The notes under the pieces were generated by a model, which did no database searches, was not told where the DNA came from, and worked only from the letters and a program-made list of their open reading frames with translations. Below are positions 47,427 to 57,531 of a stretch of DNA of 64,000 nucleotides, one piece after another. How positions within the stretch are numbered: the first letter of the stretch is position 1; each line of letters starts with the position of its first letter. The DNA is taken from assembly GCA_019419955.1 (NCBI GenBank), contig JAHZIB010000002.1, forward strand, positions 23,825-87,824, written 5' to 3'. Source of the stretch: Clostridiales bacterium. GTDB lineage: Bacteria > Bacillota > Clostridia > TANB77 > CAG-508. Both the position numbers and the translations under genes were made by a program.

Positions 47427-48102
47427 TTATTCCAGAATTTTCCAGCTACCTTCAAACTTTGGTAAATCTTCAAAAGTCATTCTCTCTTTAGTAATTGGGT
47501 GTTCTATAGTTAGGCTGTACGCCCAGAGAGCAATTTGTTTGCCATGCCCTCTTCCCCTATATTTTGCATCACCATAAATACTATGTCCTCTACTAGATAG
47601 CTGTACTCTAATTTGATGATGCCTTCCTGTGTATAATTTTATTCTTAATACAGATAAGTTTATCTCTTCATTGTATTTAAGAACTTCATAATCAAGTTTT
47701 GCATATTTTGCATTTTTCGTTTCCTTATCTACAACCTTGCTCATGTTATTCCTTTCATTTTTCAGTAAATAATCTTCTAGTGTTCCGTTTTTCGCTAATC
47801 ATTTTACCATTTACTATTGCCAAATACTCTTTTTCAAATATTTTACCTCTCACTTGTTCACTTAGTCGTCCTGCTGCTTTAGAAGTTTTAGCAAATACCA
47901 TAACTCCTCCAACTGGCCTATCTAACCTATGTACTAACCCTAAATATACATTTCCTGGTTTATTATTTTTTTCTTTTAAATATTTCTTTATAAGTGTTAA
48001 CATATCTATATCGCCAGTTTTGTCTCCTTGAGATGGTATGTTTACTGGTTTTTCTACTACTATAATGTGATTATCTTCATAAATCACTTTCAAATTCTGC
48101 AT
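47427..48102 (-). pseudogene. RluA-family pseudouridine synthase, frameshifted in an A5 run (plus-strand T-run 47788-47792)
   Basis: N-terminal ORF has HRLDRPVGGVMVFAKT (catalytic Asp). The C-terminal ORF frame extends upstream as GTLEDYLLKNERNNMSKVV... and contains TGRHHQIRVQL. One extra A would fuse the two. Confidence 0.8.
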
Positions 48103-48220
48103 ATCTTCTTTCTCCTCTTAATATTCTTTTCTCTTATCACACTTTTTGTACTATAACAGCTCCAAATCTCCTTTAATATGTTTTTTCACACTAATTTTCA
48201 ATTCGAATTACTTTTCGAGC

Positions 48221-49078
48221 TCAATTCTCCCATCTTCCATAAATACCACAAGGTAATAACAATTTTGAATTTTTCATAGGAATTCCTATTTCACCATTTG
48301 AAAATCTACCTTTGTCTCCTATATTAATTCTTAATATATTCTCCAACACTGTACTAGAAATTCCTGTAGTATATGAATTTATTAAGAAAAATAAAGGTTT
48401 TTCGGATAATATATTTGTACATAGTTTTACTAATTCAAAAATATTTTCCTCAAACTTCCAAACCTCACCATTTGCACCTCTACCATATGAAGGCGGATCC
48501 ATTATAATTCCGTCATAATGGTTACCCCTACGTATTTCTCTATTAACAAATTTTTGTACATCATCTACAATAAATCTCACTGGTTTGCCTGCTAAACCAG
48601 ATGTCTGTAAATTTTCCTTTGCCCAAGCAGTCATTCCTTTTGAACTGTCTACATGACAAACCGAGGCTCCAGCATAGCTGCACGCTACAGTAGCCCCGCC
48701 TGTATAAGCAAACAAATTTAATACTTTAATTTCTCTTTTTTGTTCCTTTATTTTATGAATCAACCATTCCCAATTTACGGCCTGTTCTGGAAATAATCCT
48801 GTATGTTTAAACCCCATTGGCTTAATATTAAACTTAAGCTCTTCATATTGTATTTGCCAATTTTCTGGAATTTTTTTAGTATATTTCCAACCTCCTCCTC
48901 CAGATGAACTTCTGTTATATCTTGCATTGGCTTTGTTCCATAATTCTGGATGAGTCTTTTCCTTCCAAATTATTTGTGGGTCTGGCCTTATTAATATAAC
49001 ATTCCCCCATCTTTCTAACTTTTCACCATTAGCCATGTCTAATATTTCATAATCACTCCATCCATTTGCTACTTCCAT
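48221..49078 (-). CDS. Class I SAM-dependent (RlmI/YwbD-like) RNA methyltransferase
   Basis: VLNLFAYTGGATVA SAM motif and IIMDPPSYGRG motif IV. Confidence 0.8.
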   Translation of the reverse strand: MEVANGWSDYEILDMANGEKLERWGNVILIRPDPQIIWKEKTHPELWNKANARYNRSSSGGGGWKYTKKIPENWQIQYEELKFNIKPMGFKHTGLFPEQAVNWEWLIHKIKEQKREIKVLNLFAYTGGATVACSYAGASVCHVDSSKGMTAWAKENLQTSGLAGKPVRFIVDDVQKFVNREIRRGNHYDGIIMDPPSYGRGANGEVWKFEENIFELVKLCTNILSEKPLFFLINSYTTGISSTVLENILRINIGDKGRFSNGEIGIPMKNSKLLLPCGIYGRWEN

Positions 49079-49121
49079 TTTTCCATTCCTTCCTTTTTAT
49101 TATTCTTTATTTAAAAACCAT

Positions 49122-49343
49122 CTACACCGTTCCCAAAACTCCTATAAAGCTCGATATTAGAATCATATCAATTACCATAAATGCAAGCGTTACCACCAAA
49201 ATAGATAATAATATCTTGCGTCCTTCTAGTTTCCTAAACACTCCTCTTCCAAAAAATCTCTTTTTTGCATATTTCCATTCAGTATCATTTTTTACATCTG
49301 GACCATTTTTCATATCCAAAACCACATCTTTTGCATACTCCAT
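49122..49343 (-). CDS. Small membrane protein (73 aa)
   Basis: ORF with a single C-terminal TM helix; no known motif. Confidence 0.4.
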   Translation of the reverse strand: MEYAKDVVLDMKNGPDVKNDTEWKYAKKRFFGRGVFRKLEGRKILLSILVVTLAFMVIDMILISSFIGVLGTV

Positions 49344-49472
49344 TGCAAATTCCCCCTATCTATATATTCACATATTATATAGATATTCATTACTTGTCCT
49401 AAATATTACTACTTTCGTATACAAAATTATTACATAATACACCATTATTCTATTTCTATTAATTGAATTTAC

Positions 49473-51302
49473 TTATGGACTTCCCAATTCTTTCTTAATT
49501 CGCTCTGCTAGTTCACTATTAATTCCTTTGACTTCCGCAATTTCTTCAATCTTTGCATTAGCAATCCTTTTAACACTTTTAAATTTTTTTAGCAAAGCTT
49601 GTTTTTTTACATTTCCAATTCCAGAAATATTATCCAATTCAGACCTCGAGACCTCTTTATCTCTCAACTTTTTATGATAGCCTATTGCGGTATCATGAAC
49701 AGCATCCTGAAATCTTGTAATAAGATTAAACAAATTATCTGTCAGTTCTATTTCTTGTCTATTTTTATCAATTAACGCTCTTGTAGAATGTTTGTCATCT
49801 TTTACCATTCCAAAAATAGGAATGTTCAACTCTATTTCTGCTTCTTTTTTTTCCTTATATTCTCTTTTAATCATTTCAATTGCTTCTAAAGCTGCTCTAA
49901 TCTGAGTAATACCTCCGTCTACAAAAATCACATCTGGCAGCCTTCCAAATCCTCCATTGGGATTATCTATTGAATGCACTAATCTTCTTGATATTACTTC
50001 TTTCATACAAGCTGGATCATCTTGTCCTAGAACAGTTTTTATTCTAAATCTTTTTGATAAACTCCTTCTTATAACTCCATCTTGAAGTACGCACATTCCT
50101 GCCACTATATTCGTTCCAGATAGATTTGAAATATCATAGCATTCAATCTTTCTGGGAAATTTATCTATGTGCAAAATATTTTTTAATTCATTTAAGATTT
50201 CATTTTTATCTTTTTCTTTATTTTCCAAAGTTATTTTAGCATTATTTTCAGCCATCTCGACCAGTCTTAATTTTTCACCTTTTTGAGGCATCTTTATTTC
50301 AACTTTTCTGCCAGCATTTTTACTAAGCCATTGCTCAATAATTTCTTTTTCTTCTATATTCTCTCTAATCATTATCTTGTTTGGTAAAATTGGCCTATCT
50401 AAATAATATTGTTTTATAAATCCAGATACAATTTCACTAGATTCCTCGTCTACCAAATCATTCAAAAAGTAATGCTCTCTTCCGACCATTTTGCTTTTTC
50501 TGATAAAAAAAATCTCAATGCAAACTTTTGAATCACTTTTCACTAACCCTATAACATCAATATCATTCTCCGAAATATTAGAAACTTTTTGCTTTTCTGA
50601 AATTCTTTCAATAGCTACAATCTTATCTCTCAAATATGCTGCCTTTTCATATTGCATATCAACCGATGCTTGTTTCATTGCCTCTTGCAACTGTTTTAAT
50701 AGCTTATCTGTCTTTCCCTCTAAAACTTCAACAATTTCATTAATTTGTTTAGCATAATCTTCTTTTGAAATATACCTCATACAGGGTGCCATACACTTTT
50801 TAATGTGATAATTAAGACATGGTCTATCTTTATACTTAAAACTTCTACATTGTCTAATCTTGAATTTAGATTTTATAAATTCAACCATTTCTTTTGCGCT
50901 ACCTGCATTAGCATATGGTCCAAAGTATTTAGCACCATCATTCAAAATCCTTCTTGTAATATATACATCAGGATAATCAGCCTTTACATTCACTTTTATA
51001 TATGGATAAGTTTTATCATCCTTTAAAAGCACATTAAATTTTGGCATATTCTTTTTAATCAAATTACATTCTAGAATAAGAGCTTCTGCTTCATTATCTG
51101 TCACAATATATTCAAAATGGTCAATCAATGCTACCATATTTTCAATTCTCTTTGTCTTATTTGTTTTTCTAAAATACTGCCTAACTCTATTTTTTAAGGA
51201 GATTGCCTTTCCGACATATATTATTTTATCATCCTTATCATGCATAATATATACTCCAGGTCTTCCAGGCAACTTTTTTAATTCTTCTTCAATATTAAAC
51301 AT
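49473..51302 (-). CDS. uvrC: Excinuclease ABC subunit C
   Basis: GIY-YIG (GVYIMHDKDDKIIYVGKA), UVR domain, endonuclease V-like and HhH2 C-terminus. Confidence 0.95.
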   Translation of the reverse strand: MFNIEEELKKLPGRPGVYIMHDKDDKIIYVGKAISLKNRVRQYFRKTNKTKRIENMVALIDHFEYIVTDNEAEALILECNLIKKNMPKFNVLLKDDKTYPYIKVNVKADYPDVYITRRILNDGAKYFGPYANAGSAKEMVEFIKSKFKIRQCRSFKYKDRPCLNYHIKKCMAPCMRYISKEDYAKQINEIVEVLEGKTDKLLKQLQEAMKQASVDMQYEKAAYLRDKIVAIERISEKQKVSNISENDIDVIGLVKSDSKVCIEIFFIRKSKMVGREHYFLNDLVDEESSEIVSGFIKQYYLDRPILPNKIMIRENIEEKEIIEQWLSKNAGRKVEIKMPQKGEKLRLVEMAENNAKITLENKEKDKNEILNELKNILHIDKFPRKIECYDISNLSGTNIVAGMCVLQDGVIRRSLSKRFRIKTVLGQDDPACMKEVISRRLVHSIDNPNGGFGRLPDVIFVDGGITQIRAALEAIEMIKREYKEKKEAEIELNIPIFGMVKDDKHSTRALIDKNRQEIELTDNLFNLITRFQDAVHDTAIGYHKKLRDKEVSRSELDNISGIGNVKKQALLKKFKSVKRIANAKIEEIAEVKGINSELAERIKKELGSP

Positions 51303-51464
51303 CTTCCGCTTCCCCGTTTAAACTAAATCTAACATTAATATTATAACATGTTTTTTTAACTTGAGCAACGGTGTTTAAAGTCTTAGCCCCATATAATATA
51401 TACTAAGTAAATGTAGGCAATTTTTCTCTCGATTACCTACAATCACTTGGCACTGAGAGCCATC

Positions 51465-52193
51465 TTACTTACTAGATAATGATGTGTCCCTAAGTTTCAA
51501 GTTTTCCACTAAATATTCTATATTTTTTCTCCTGTTATATATTCGAATTTCATTTATCTCCAAATACCATAAGTAAGCAAGTATTAATAAAAGTGCTATG
51601 TTATGAACAAATAATATTGCTATACTAACTATTGCAGTTAGTATTATTAATATTGTTTTTGATGTAATATATGTGATTTTGTAGGCCTTTTTTCTACCAC
51701 AGGCAATATTAAGCATTTCTTTTAAAATTCTTCCTCCATCCATAGGATATATCGGAATTAAGTTAAATACCGCTATTATGTAGTTTGAATATATTATTAT
51801 TTGATATATGTACATATTTTGTGCATTACCATTGAAACTTGCCATAAGTATTGCTATTACTGCTATTGCGAAGTTAGTAATAGGTCCCGCCATTGCAATA
51901 ATTGCTTTTCTTATATTTATTTCTTTTGCTCTCTTTTTTTTCAAATTTATTTCATCATCTCTACTTACTTTGTTTTCTTCTTCTTCTTTTGACTGAGTCT
52001 TAAAACTAATCTGCAATCCCAATGGTGTCAGCCTTATTTCTTCTGGTCTAAATTTCAATATTATACCTGCTACTAGATGACCAAGTTCATGTAGTATAGC
52101 AAATACAAAAAGTATTATGTATATTTCAAATTGCGAGGTTATTAAAAACAAAAATAAAAAAAGAAAAATTTTCAAGTCAATTTTAATGCTCAT
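51465..52193 (-). CDS. spoIVFB: M50 site-2 protease, SpoIVFB-like
   Basis: HELGH and NLIPIYPMDGGRIL motifs in a multi-TM protein; follows an M23-domain gene as in spoIVFA-spoIVFB. Confidence 0.75.
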   Translation of the reverse strand: MSIKIDLKIFLFLFLFLITSQFEIYIILFVFAILHELGHLVAGIILKFRPEEIRLTPLGLQISFKTQSKEEEENKVSRDDEINLKKKRAKEINIRKAIIAMAGPITNFAIAVIAILMASFNGNAQNMYIYQIIIYSNYIIAVFNLIPIYPMDGGRILKEMLNIACGRKKAYKITYITSKTILIILTAIVSIAILFVHNIALLLILAYLWYLEINEIRIYNRRKNIEYLVENLKLRDTSLSSK

Positions 52194-52235
52194 ATAGTAT
52201 CTCCCCTCTCCCTATATTTCCCTTTACATTACTTA

Positions 52236-53063
52236 TCAAAACTCTATTATTGCCTCTGGATTGACAGTTCTATTGTCTCTTCTTATTTCAAAATGTAGGT
52301 GAGGGCCTGTTGAATTTCCTGTAGAACCCACCTCTGCTATTTTCTGTCCTTTTTTAACCTTTTCTCCTTTTTTTACTAAAAGTTTACTACAATGTGCATA
52401 CCTGGTTAAGACATCATTATTTACAATATCTAAATGCTTTCCATATTCTCCCTCTCCCGAAGCTACTTCAACAGTTCCATCCATCGCAGCATATATTGCT
52501 GTTCCTTCATCTGCTCCCAAATCAATACCTTGATGATTAGCAGATACTACCTCAGTTGCTTCCCTTTTTCCGTATCTTGATGTAATACTTCCTTTCAGTG
52601 GTAAATCAAACTCAAAATTTTTCTTAATATATTCAATATCTAATTCTGATTGCGTTTTTTTCTCTTTATTATCATCATCCTCAATAATTTCATCAGTTTC
52701 AGCTCCACCTATACCGCCTACTGCATTTGTACTGTCATCATTTGTCTCATTTGCTACTGTGTTTGTCAAACTATTTACCTCTGTAACATTTTCTTCACTC
52801 TCCCCAAATATAGCTAGAAAACCCAACTTGTCTTTATTATCATTAATAAACGAACTAACCTGACTTTGTATATGTCCAAAATTAATGTCATGTGATAAGA
52901 ACTCTTTAGTTTTGTTTATAACATCTTCTGAAAATATGTAATTTGTATTTTTTATCAAATAAAATATAATGTAAATAACTGCACAAATCGCCAGTTGCAT
53001 AAACATCTTCTTGAATAACGATATTTTTCTCTTCTCCGTTCTATTCACATTATTAGAAGACAC
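52236..53063 (-). CDS. M23/LytM-domain membrane protein (SpoIVFA-position)
   Basis: N-terminal TM helix. C-terminal M23 domain with HQGIDLGADEGT and GPHLHFEIR. Confidence 0.8.
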   Translation of the reverse strand: MSSNNVNRTEKRKISLFKKMFMQLAICAVIYIIFYLIKNTNYIFSEDVINKTKEFLSHDINFGHIQSQVSSFINDNKDKLGFLAIFGESEENVTEVNSLTNTVANETNDDSTNAVGGIGGAETDEIIEDDDNKEKKTQSELDIEYIKKNFEFDLPLKGSITSRYGKREATEVVSANHQGIDLGADEGTAIYAAMDGTVEVASGEGEYGKHLDIVNNDVLTRYAHCSKLLVKKGEKVKKGQKIAEVGSTGNSTGPHLHFEIRRDNRTVNPEAIIEF

Positions 53064-53206
53064 TCTAACACCGATTCAGAGCTTTCCTTCTATTATATAT
53101 TTCTTCCGCCCTTCTTATACGCTCCTCTTGACTCAAAGTTCTTTCCAAAAAAAACACCCTTCCTTTGTTATTTTTTACATTTATATGAAGGTAGGGTATC
53201 TTTTAT

Positions 53207-53551
53207 TCATATTAAATTAAATATAATTCCTAAAACCGTAGTAAAGAGTAACAAAAAATTAATTCTCACAGAAAATTTATATCTTTTTTCAAGTTTCTTC
53301 ATATTCCTTCTCCATTTTGGAGATTGCTTTTCAAGCTCGTCCGTATATTTTTTTACTAACATCTCTGCTTCTTTTACTATATATTCATTATTCTCCTTTT
53401 TATTTTCACTATCTATTCTATTTTCTTTTACTTCTGCCATTTGGAGCTTATGTAATTTTTTGTTTCTCTTCAAAACTACAATTGCTTCCTCGACAATATT
53501 AGATGGCAAATTTTTAAGCACTACAATATTTTTTAGATTTGTTGTATCCAT
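53207..53551 (-). CDS. Hypothetical protein with C-terminal TM helix (114 aa)
   Basis: ORF only. Confidence 0.45.
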   Translation of the reverse strand: MDTTNLKNIVVLKNLPSNIVEEAIVVLKRNKKLHKLQMAEVKENRIDSENKKENNEYIVKEAEMLVKKYTDELEKQSPKWRRNMKKLEKRYKFSVRINFLLLFTTVLGIIFNLI

Positions 53552-53602
53552 AGTAACCTCCTATAAACTTATTTACTTTCATTTTGCCATCTTTTTCTAA
53601 TT

Positions 53603-54145
53603 TTATACATAGATATTTAATTTTTTAAAACTATTTTTTATTCCATCAGTTACTACTCTTGAAGCCCTATGCACATCAGAAACTCTAACACTGCTTAATT
53701 CTCTTAGATTATCTTCTTTATTATTATAATATTTTCCTATCACACACTTTATATTAAGATTTGAAAAGAAGCACACGCTTTTATTAAGTGCTTTTCCAAT
53801 TTTCATATAGCCACTTCCTAGAATTATATCTCCTTTCCTATTTGTATTGCTTAAAGCTGCATCTATTGTAATTAAGTATGGTTCCTTATATTTTCTATTA
53901 ATCTCTTCTATAATTTCTTTACCATTAATAAAATTAACATTCTTATCAATAGTTCCATAAACATGAACAAACTCATTTTCAAGCTCTTTTAGCTCTTCTC
54001 CTATTACTGGCCCTATTGAATCACCAATTAATTTTTTCGTGCCAATACATACAAATACTATATCTGAAAAACTTCCCCTTTGTTGTAAAAAATCAATAAA
54101 TCTATTCTCAAACTTTTTCAAAACACCGCCACTCTCCATTTCCAA
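53603..54145 (-). CDS. yyaC: Spore protease YyaC family (DUF1256)
   Basis: VFVCIGTKKLIGDSIGPVIG and ITIDAAL motifs. Confidence 0.8.
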   Translation of the reverse strand: MEMESGGVLKKFENRFIDFLQQRGSFSDIVFVCIGTKKLIGDSIGPVIGEELKELENEFVHVYGTIDKNVNFINGKEIIEEINRKYKEPYLITIDAALSNTNRKGDIILGSGYMKIGKALNKSVCFFSNLNIKCVIGKYYNNKEDNLRELSSVRVSDVHRASRVVTDGIKNSFKKLNIYV

Positions 54146-54159
54146 GATACTACCTATTA

Positions 54160-54501
54160 TTATTCTTTACTTCTCGCAATTATGATTTTTACATTTCTAT
54201 CTTTTACATACTTTTTTATAATATCACTTGAAAAAGAAGCCATCTCATTACTTAAAATAATTGTATCATACCTTTGTTTTATCAACTCATCAATTTTTGA
54301 ATCCACCTGCTCTGGCGTATCCAATCTAAACACATCAAAACCCAATCTCTCCGGAATCCTAAAATTCTCATCATCCTTTTCATACTTTATCCACGAAAAC
54401 CTCATACAAACCACTCCCCTCGCTCCTTGTAAATTAGGGACACTCATTTTTTCGCAGAAACTCCCTTTATTAGTGTTTGCATTTTTCGCTATTTTATACA
54501 A
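54160..54501 (-). CDS. Hypothetical protein (113 aa; real start may be internal)
   Basis: ORF only; no secure motif. Confidence 0.4.
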   Translation of the reverse strand: MYKIAKNANTNKGSFCEKMSVPNLQGARGVVCMRFSWIKYEKDDENFRIPERLGFDVFRLDTPEQVDSKIDELIKQRYDTIILSNEMASFSSDIIKKYVKDRNVKIIIARSKE

Positions 54502-54528
54502 TCATTTTTCGCTTACAACATTTTACAA

Positions 54529-54560
54529 TTAAGAACTATCAAATATTTGATAGTTCTTAA
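54529..54560. terminator. Perfect 32-nt palindrome (bidirectional terminator-like)
   Basis: TTAAGAACTATCAAAT / ATTTGATAGTTCTTAA. Confidence 0.6.
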
Positions 54561-54771
54561 TAACTTCTAAAAAATTATTTACAATTCACTTATATATTAT
54601 TATGTATATCTTATTTATTAGTTTTGACTATATTACATAAAAATATATGCTTATACTCTAATTCCATATTCTTTATTTAAAGAAACTACTTTTTCTATAA
54701 CATATCAGATAATATAACTTTTTCTTTTCTCTGCACTTATTTTGTATAAACTTTCAAATTTGTAAATATCC

Positions 54772-55278
54772 CTATTTCGCAAGTTTTTGTCTTATTTCTT
54801 CATTTGAAATATATTCTAATGCCCTTTCGTCATTTTTTACAGCTGCTATTGCAATTTCTTCATTAGCCCTTAGTCTTTTACTTGCATACTTTAAGATTAA
54901 TCCCTTGTTCTTAACAGCTTCTAGAACAACATCATAGTCATCTCTTAATCTTTGAGATGCATAATAAAGTTCTTGACCATTTTTTTTGACTGCTTCCAGC
55001 ATTATTTCTTTATCGTCTGCTAGTCTCTCGCTTACATAGCATGCAGTCCATCCAACTTTTTTTATAGAAGATAATACCACATCTTTATCATCTTTTAGTT
55101 CTGTACTTGCAAATTCTAAAGCATTACCATCTTGGGCAATAGCCTCCAATACCACACTTTTATCATTTTTTAGTTGGTCTGATGCAAATTCTAATAAAAT
55201 GCCTGTCTCTTTTACTTTTTCTATTACATATTCTTTATTATTTGCTTTGCTCATATCAAAACTCATTTCTACTATCAC
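54772..55278 (-). CDS. DUF4116 repeat protein
   Basis: Five tandem ~30-aa repeats of the type DKxVVLEAVKxNGxALxYASxxLK. Confidence 0.8.
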   Translation of the reverse strand: MIVEMSFDMSKANNKEYVIEKVKETGILLEFASDQLKNDKSVVLEAIAQDGNALEFASTELKDDKDVVLSSIKKVGWTACYVSERLADDKEIMLEAVKKNGQELYYASQRLRDDYDVVLEAVKNKGLILKYASKRLRANEEIAIAAVKNDERALEYISNEEIRQKLAK

Positions 55279-55317
55279 TCCTCCTAAATCTCAAGTCTGA
55301 TTATTATAATAATTTAA

Positions 55318-56178
55318 TTATTCTCCCACAATTTTGTTTTTATACTTTCTATAGATTTCCTCATATTGTTCTATGAATTCCATTATAACATATTTTGTGC
55401 ATGGATAATCCTTTCTTAACTCATTCCCTAAAACATGCTTCCTTCCATTCTTATATTTTACTATATATTTGCTTCCTCGTATTTTCTTCTCTCTATCCTT
55501 ATATATTGGAATAATAGCATCTCTATATAATCGTTTATGCGAAAATGTAAAACTTTTTCCAGCAAACTTTTTTGGTACAAAAACTATTGGTTCACCATTA
55601 TAAACTGGCAATTTTTTAGTTATATGTACCCATTCCGACTTCTTATGATCCCAACATAATTTCTTTAACTCAATTCTTTTCGTTGGTATATTCCACAATT
55701 TACACTGTTCCTGTGTATACTTAATTAAATCCATAAAAATAATTGATGTAATCAAATCAGAAACTTTGTCCTCAGCAATATTTGGCAATACCATCATGCA
55801 ATCAAAAATATCTTCCACTTTTCCGCTCATTATCATATCATTATTGGTCAATGCTTGAACTAAGTACTTTCCCCCATTTGCTCCAAAACTCTTTCCAAAG
55901 CTGCTAGTTATACTATACCCCAGCCTTGTTTCATTTCTCTCATATAAATTATCAACTATCTTTAAAAGTTCAGTATATTTTCTCTCTTTTGCCAACTGTA
56001 GCAAATTATCAATAAATTCTTCAATTTTTTTATAACATATTCTTCCCATTTCAGTTCCAGATCTCTTGATTTTTAATGGATCTATAAATAATAAGTTGTC
56101 TTTTACTATACTTATATTAACAAAATCTAACGCCTGATATGGAATATTATATAATCTACTAATTTTCATTATAATCAC
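55318..56178 (-). CDS. Hypothetical protein (286 aa)
   Basis: Long ORF, no recognised family. Contains a D-x9-E-x-K string (IFDCMMVLPNIAEDK). Confidence 0.55.
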   Translation of the reverse strand: MIIMKISRLYNIPYQALDFVNISIVKDNLLFIDPLKIKRSGTEMGRICYKKIEEFIDNLLQLAKERKYTELLKIVDNLYERNETRLGYSITSSFGKSFGANGGKYLVQALTNNDMIMSGKVEDIFDCMMVLPNIAEDKVSDLITSIIFMDLIKYTQEQCKLWNIPTKRIELKKLCWDHKKSEWVHITKKLPVYNGEPIVFVPKKFAGKSFTFSHKRLYRDAIIPIYKDREKKIRGSKYIVKYKNGRKHVLGNELRKDYPCTKYVIMEFIEQYEEIYRKYKNKIVGE

Positions 56179-56279
56179 CTATGTTTTTTTGCAAAAGTAT
56201 ATCATTGTTTTTGCAAGTATAAAAGAGTGCAATAAATTTTTATTTACTTTTTAGTAAGAAAGACATTTCCTATAATCTT

Positions 56280-56794
56280 TTAAAGAATTTCCATATGCTC
56301 ACAATATTTTTCAAAACTATTACAAAATTCAGCTATTATCTTTTCTTTTGACATTTCTACTTGAAACTCATTTTTTAAAGAACTAGCTTTTTTTTCTAAC
56401 TCTGGTGGAAATTTTTCCTGAGTAACATTTATACCAATTCCTATTAATAAATATTTTATTTTATCTCCGTGTACTTACAATCTGTGTTAATATTCCTCCT
56501 ACTTTTCGGCCATTATGCATTATATCATTTGGTTTCTTTAACTCAAGTTTGCATCTATATTCATTATATATAGTATCAATTAAACATTTCCCTATATCTA
56601 CTGTCAAACTTTCTAGCCTACTTACTTTGCATTTTGGATACAATATTATTGTAAAAGTAATATTTTTTCCTTTTTCTGAAATCCATCTTCTTCCATGTGT
56701 TCCGGATTCCATTTGTTTGATTTTCGGTTAAAATTATTGTTCCATTTTCAATATTTTTTTCTGCCAAATTTCTTGCTTCATTTTGTGTTGACAT
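56280..56794 (-). pseudogene. birA: Biotin-protein ligase (birA) remnant, truncated with at least two frameshifts
   Basis: Three consecutive frames give GTIILTENQTNG / ESGTHGRRWISEKGKNITFTIILYP...KKPNDIMHNGRKVGGILTQ / GDKIKYLLIGIGINVTQEKFPPELEKKASSLK. Together these cover the BPL catalytic domain. Confidence 0.75.
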
Positions 56795-57103
56795 TATTTT
56801 CTCATAATATAGTATTTTTTTTCCGTATTAATTTTGTATTAAAAAAAGTATTCTTTTTTTCTTGCATTTTTTATTCTCCATTTCTAAACTTTTTTCCCTT
56901 CGCAAGTATAACATTTTTCAAGCTTTTTGTCTATTTTATGCATAATTTTTTTTCATCGAAACATACTATTAGTATGTATTAATCGTGTATATGTTTACTT
57001 TATAGTTTCTGTAATTTAATTCACATACATGCTATATTCAATTTAGATTATGGGGAAATATTAAATTTATTAGAGCTATTTTTTTGCTCGAATGGAGGTT
57101 TTT

Positions 57104-57427
57104 ATGGCATTAGATTATAATATTATTGGAGAAAGATTGAAAAAGGCTAGAACAGATAGAGGATTAACTCAAGAAAAGTTAGCAGAAAAACTAGATGTGT
57201 CTATCGCTTTCTTAAGTAGAATTGAACGTGGTAGCTCTCATATCAGTCTGAAAAGATTAAGTCAAATTTGTGACATTTTAGGTATTAGTGAGGGTTCTAT
57301 TTTAAATGGCTCATCTAATAATTCTAGCACATATCTATCTTCAGAATTTGATGATATCTTGAAAAGCACAAGTTCTGATAAGCAAAAATTAATTTATAAA
57401 ATTGCTAAAGTTATTAATGAGGATTAA
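57104..57427 (+). CDS. XRE-family helix-turn-helix transcriptional regulator
   Basis: IGERLKKARTDRGLTQEKLAEKLDVSIAFLSRIERG; GGAGG RBS before the ATG at 57104. Confidence 0.85.
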   Translation: MALDYNIIGERLKKARTDRGLTQEKLAEKLDVSIAFLSRIERGSSHISLKRLSQICDILGISEGSILNGSSNNSSTYLSSEFDDILKSTSSDKQKLIYKIAKVINED

Positions 57428-57450
57428 TATTTTTATTTGAATATTTATTA

Positions 57451-57490
57451 AGATATTATTTATAATAATTATAGATAATATCTTTTTTTG
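57451..57490 (+). terminator. Terminator after the XRE gene
   Basis: AAGATATTAT / ATAATATCTT stem followed by T7. Confidence 0.7.
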
Positions 57491-57531
57491 TTGTTCTCAT
57501 TAAAAGTTACAGGATAATAGTTAAAAAAATA

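Noticed and set aside
54160-54501. Tentative similarity of the 113-aa ORF to V-type ATPase subunit F
   Set aside because: This was only a vague resemblance in residue pattern. No other V-ATPase genes are nearby and there is no diagnostic motif, so it is left as hypothetical.
56695-56982. 95-aa plus-strand ORF upstream of the XRE gene
   Set aside because: Its translation is a Phe/Leu-rich low-complexity product of an AT-rich promoter region with no RBS. It overlaps the birA remnant in antisense.
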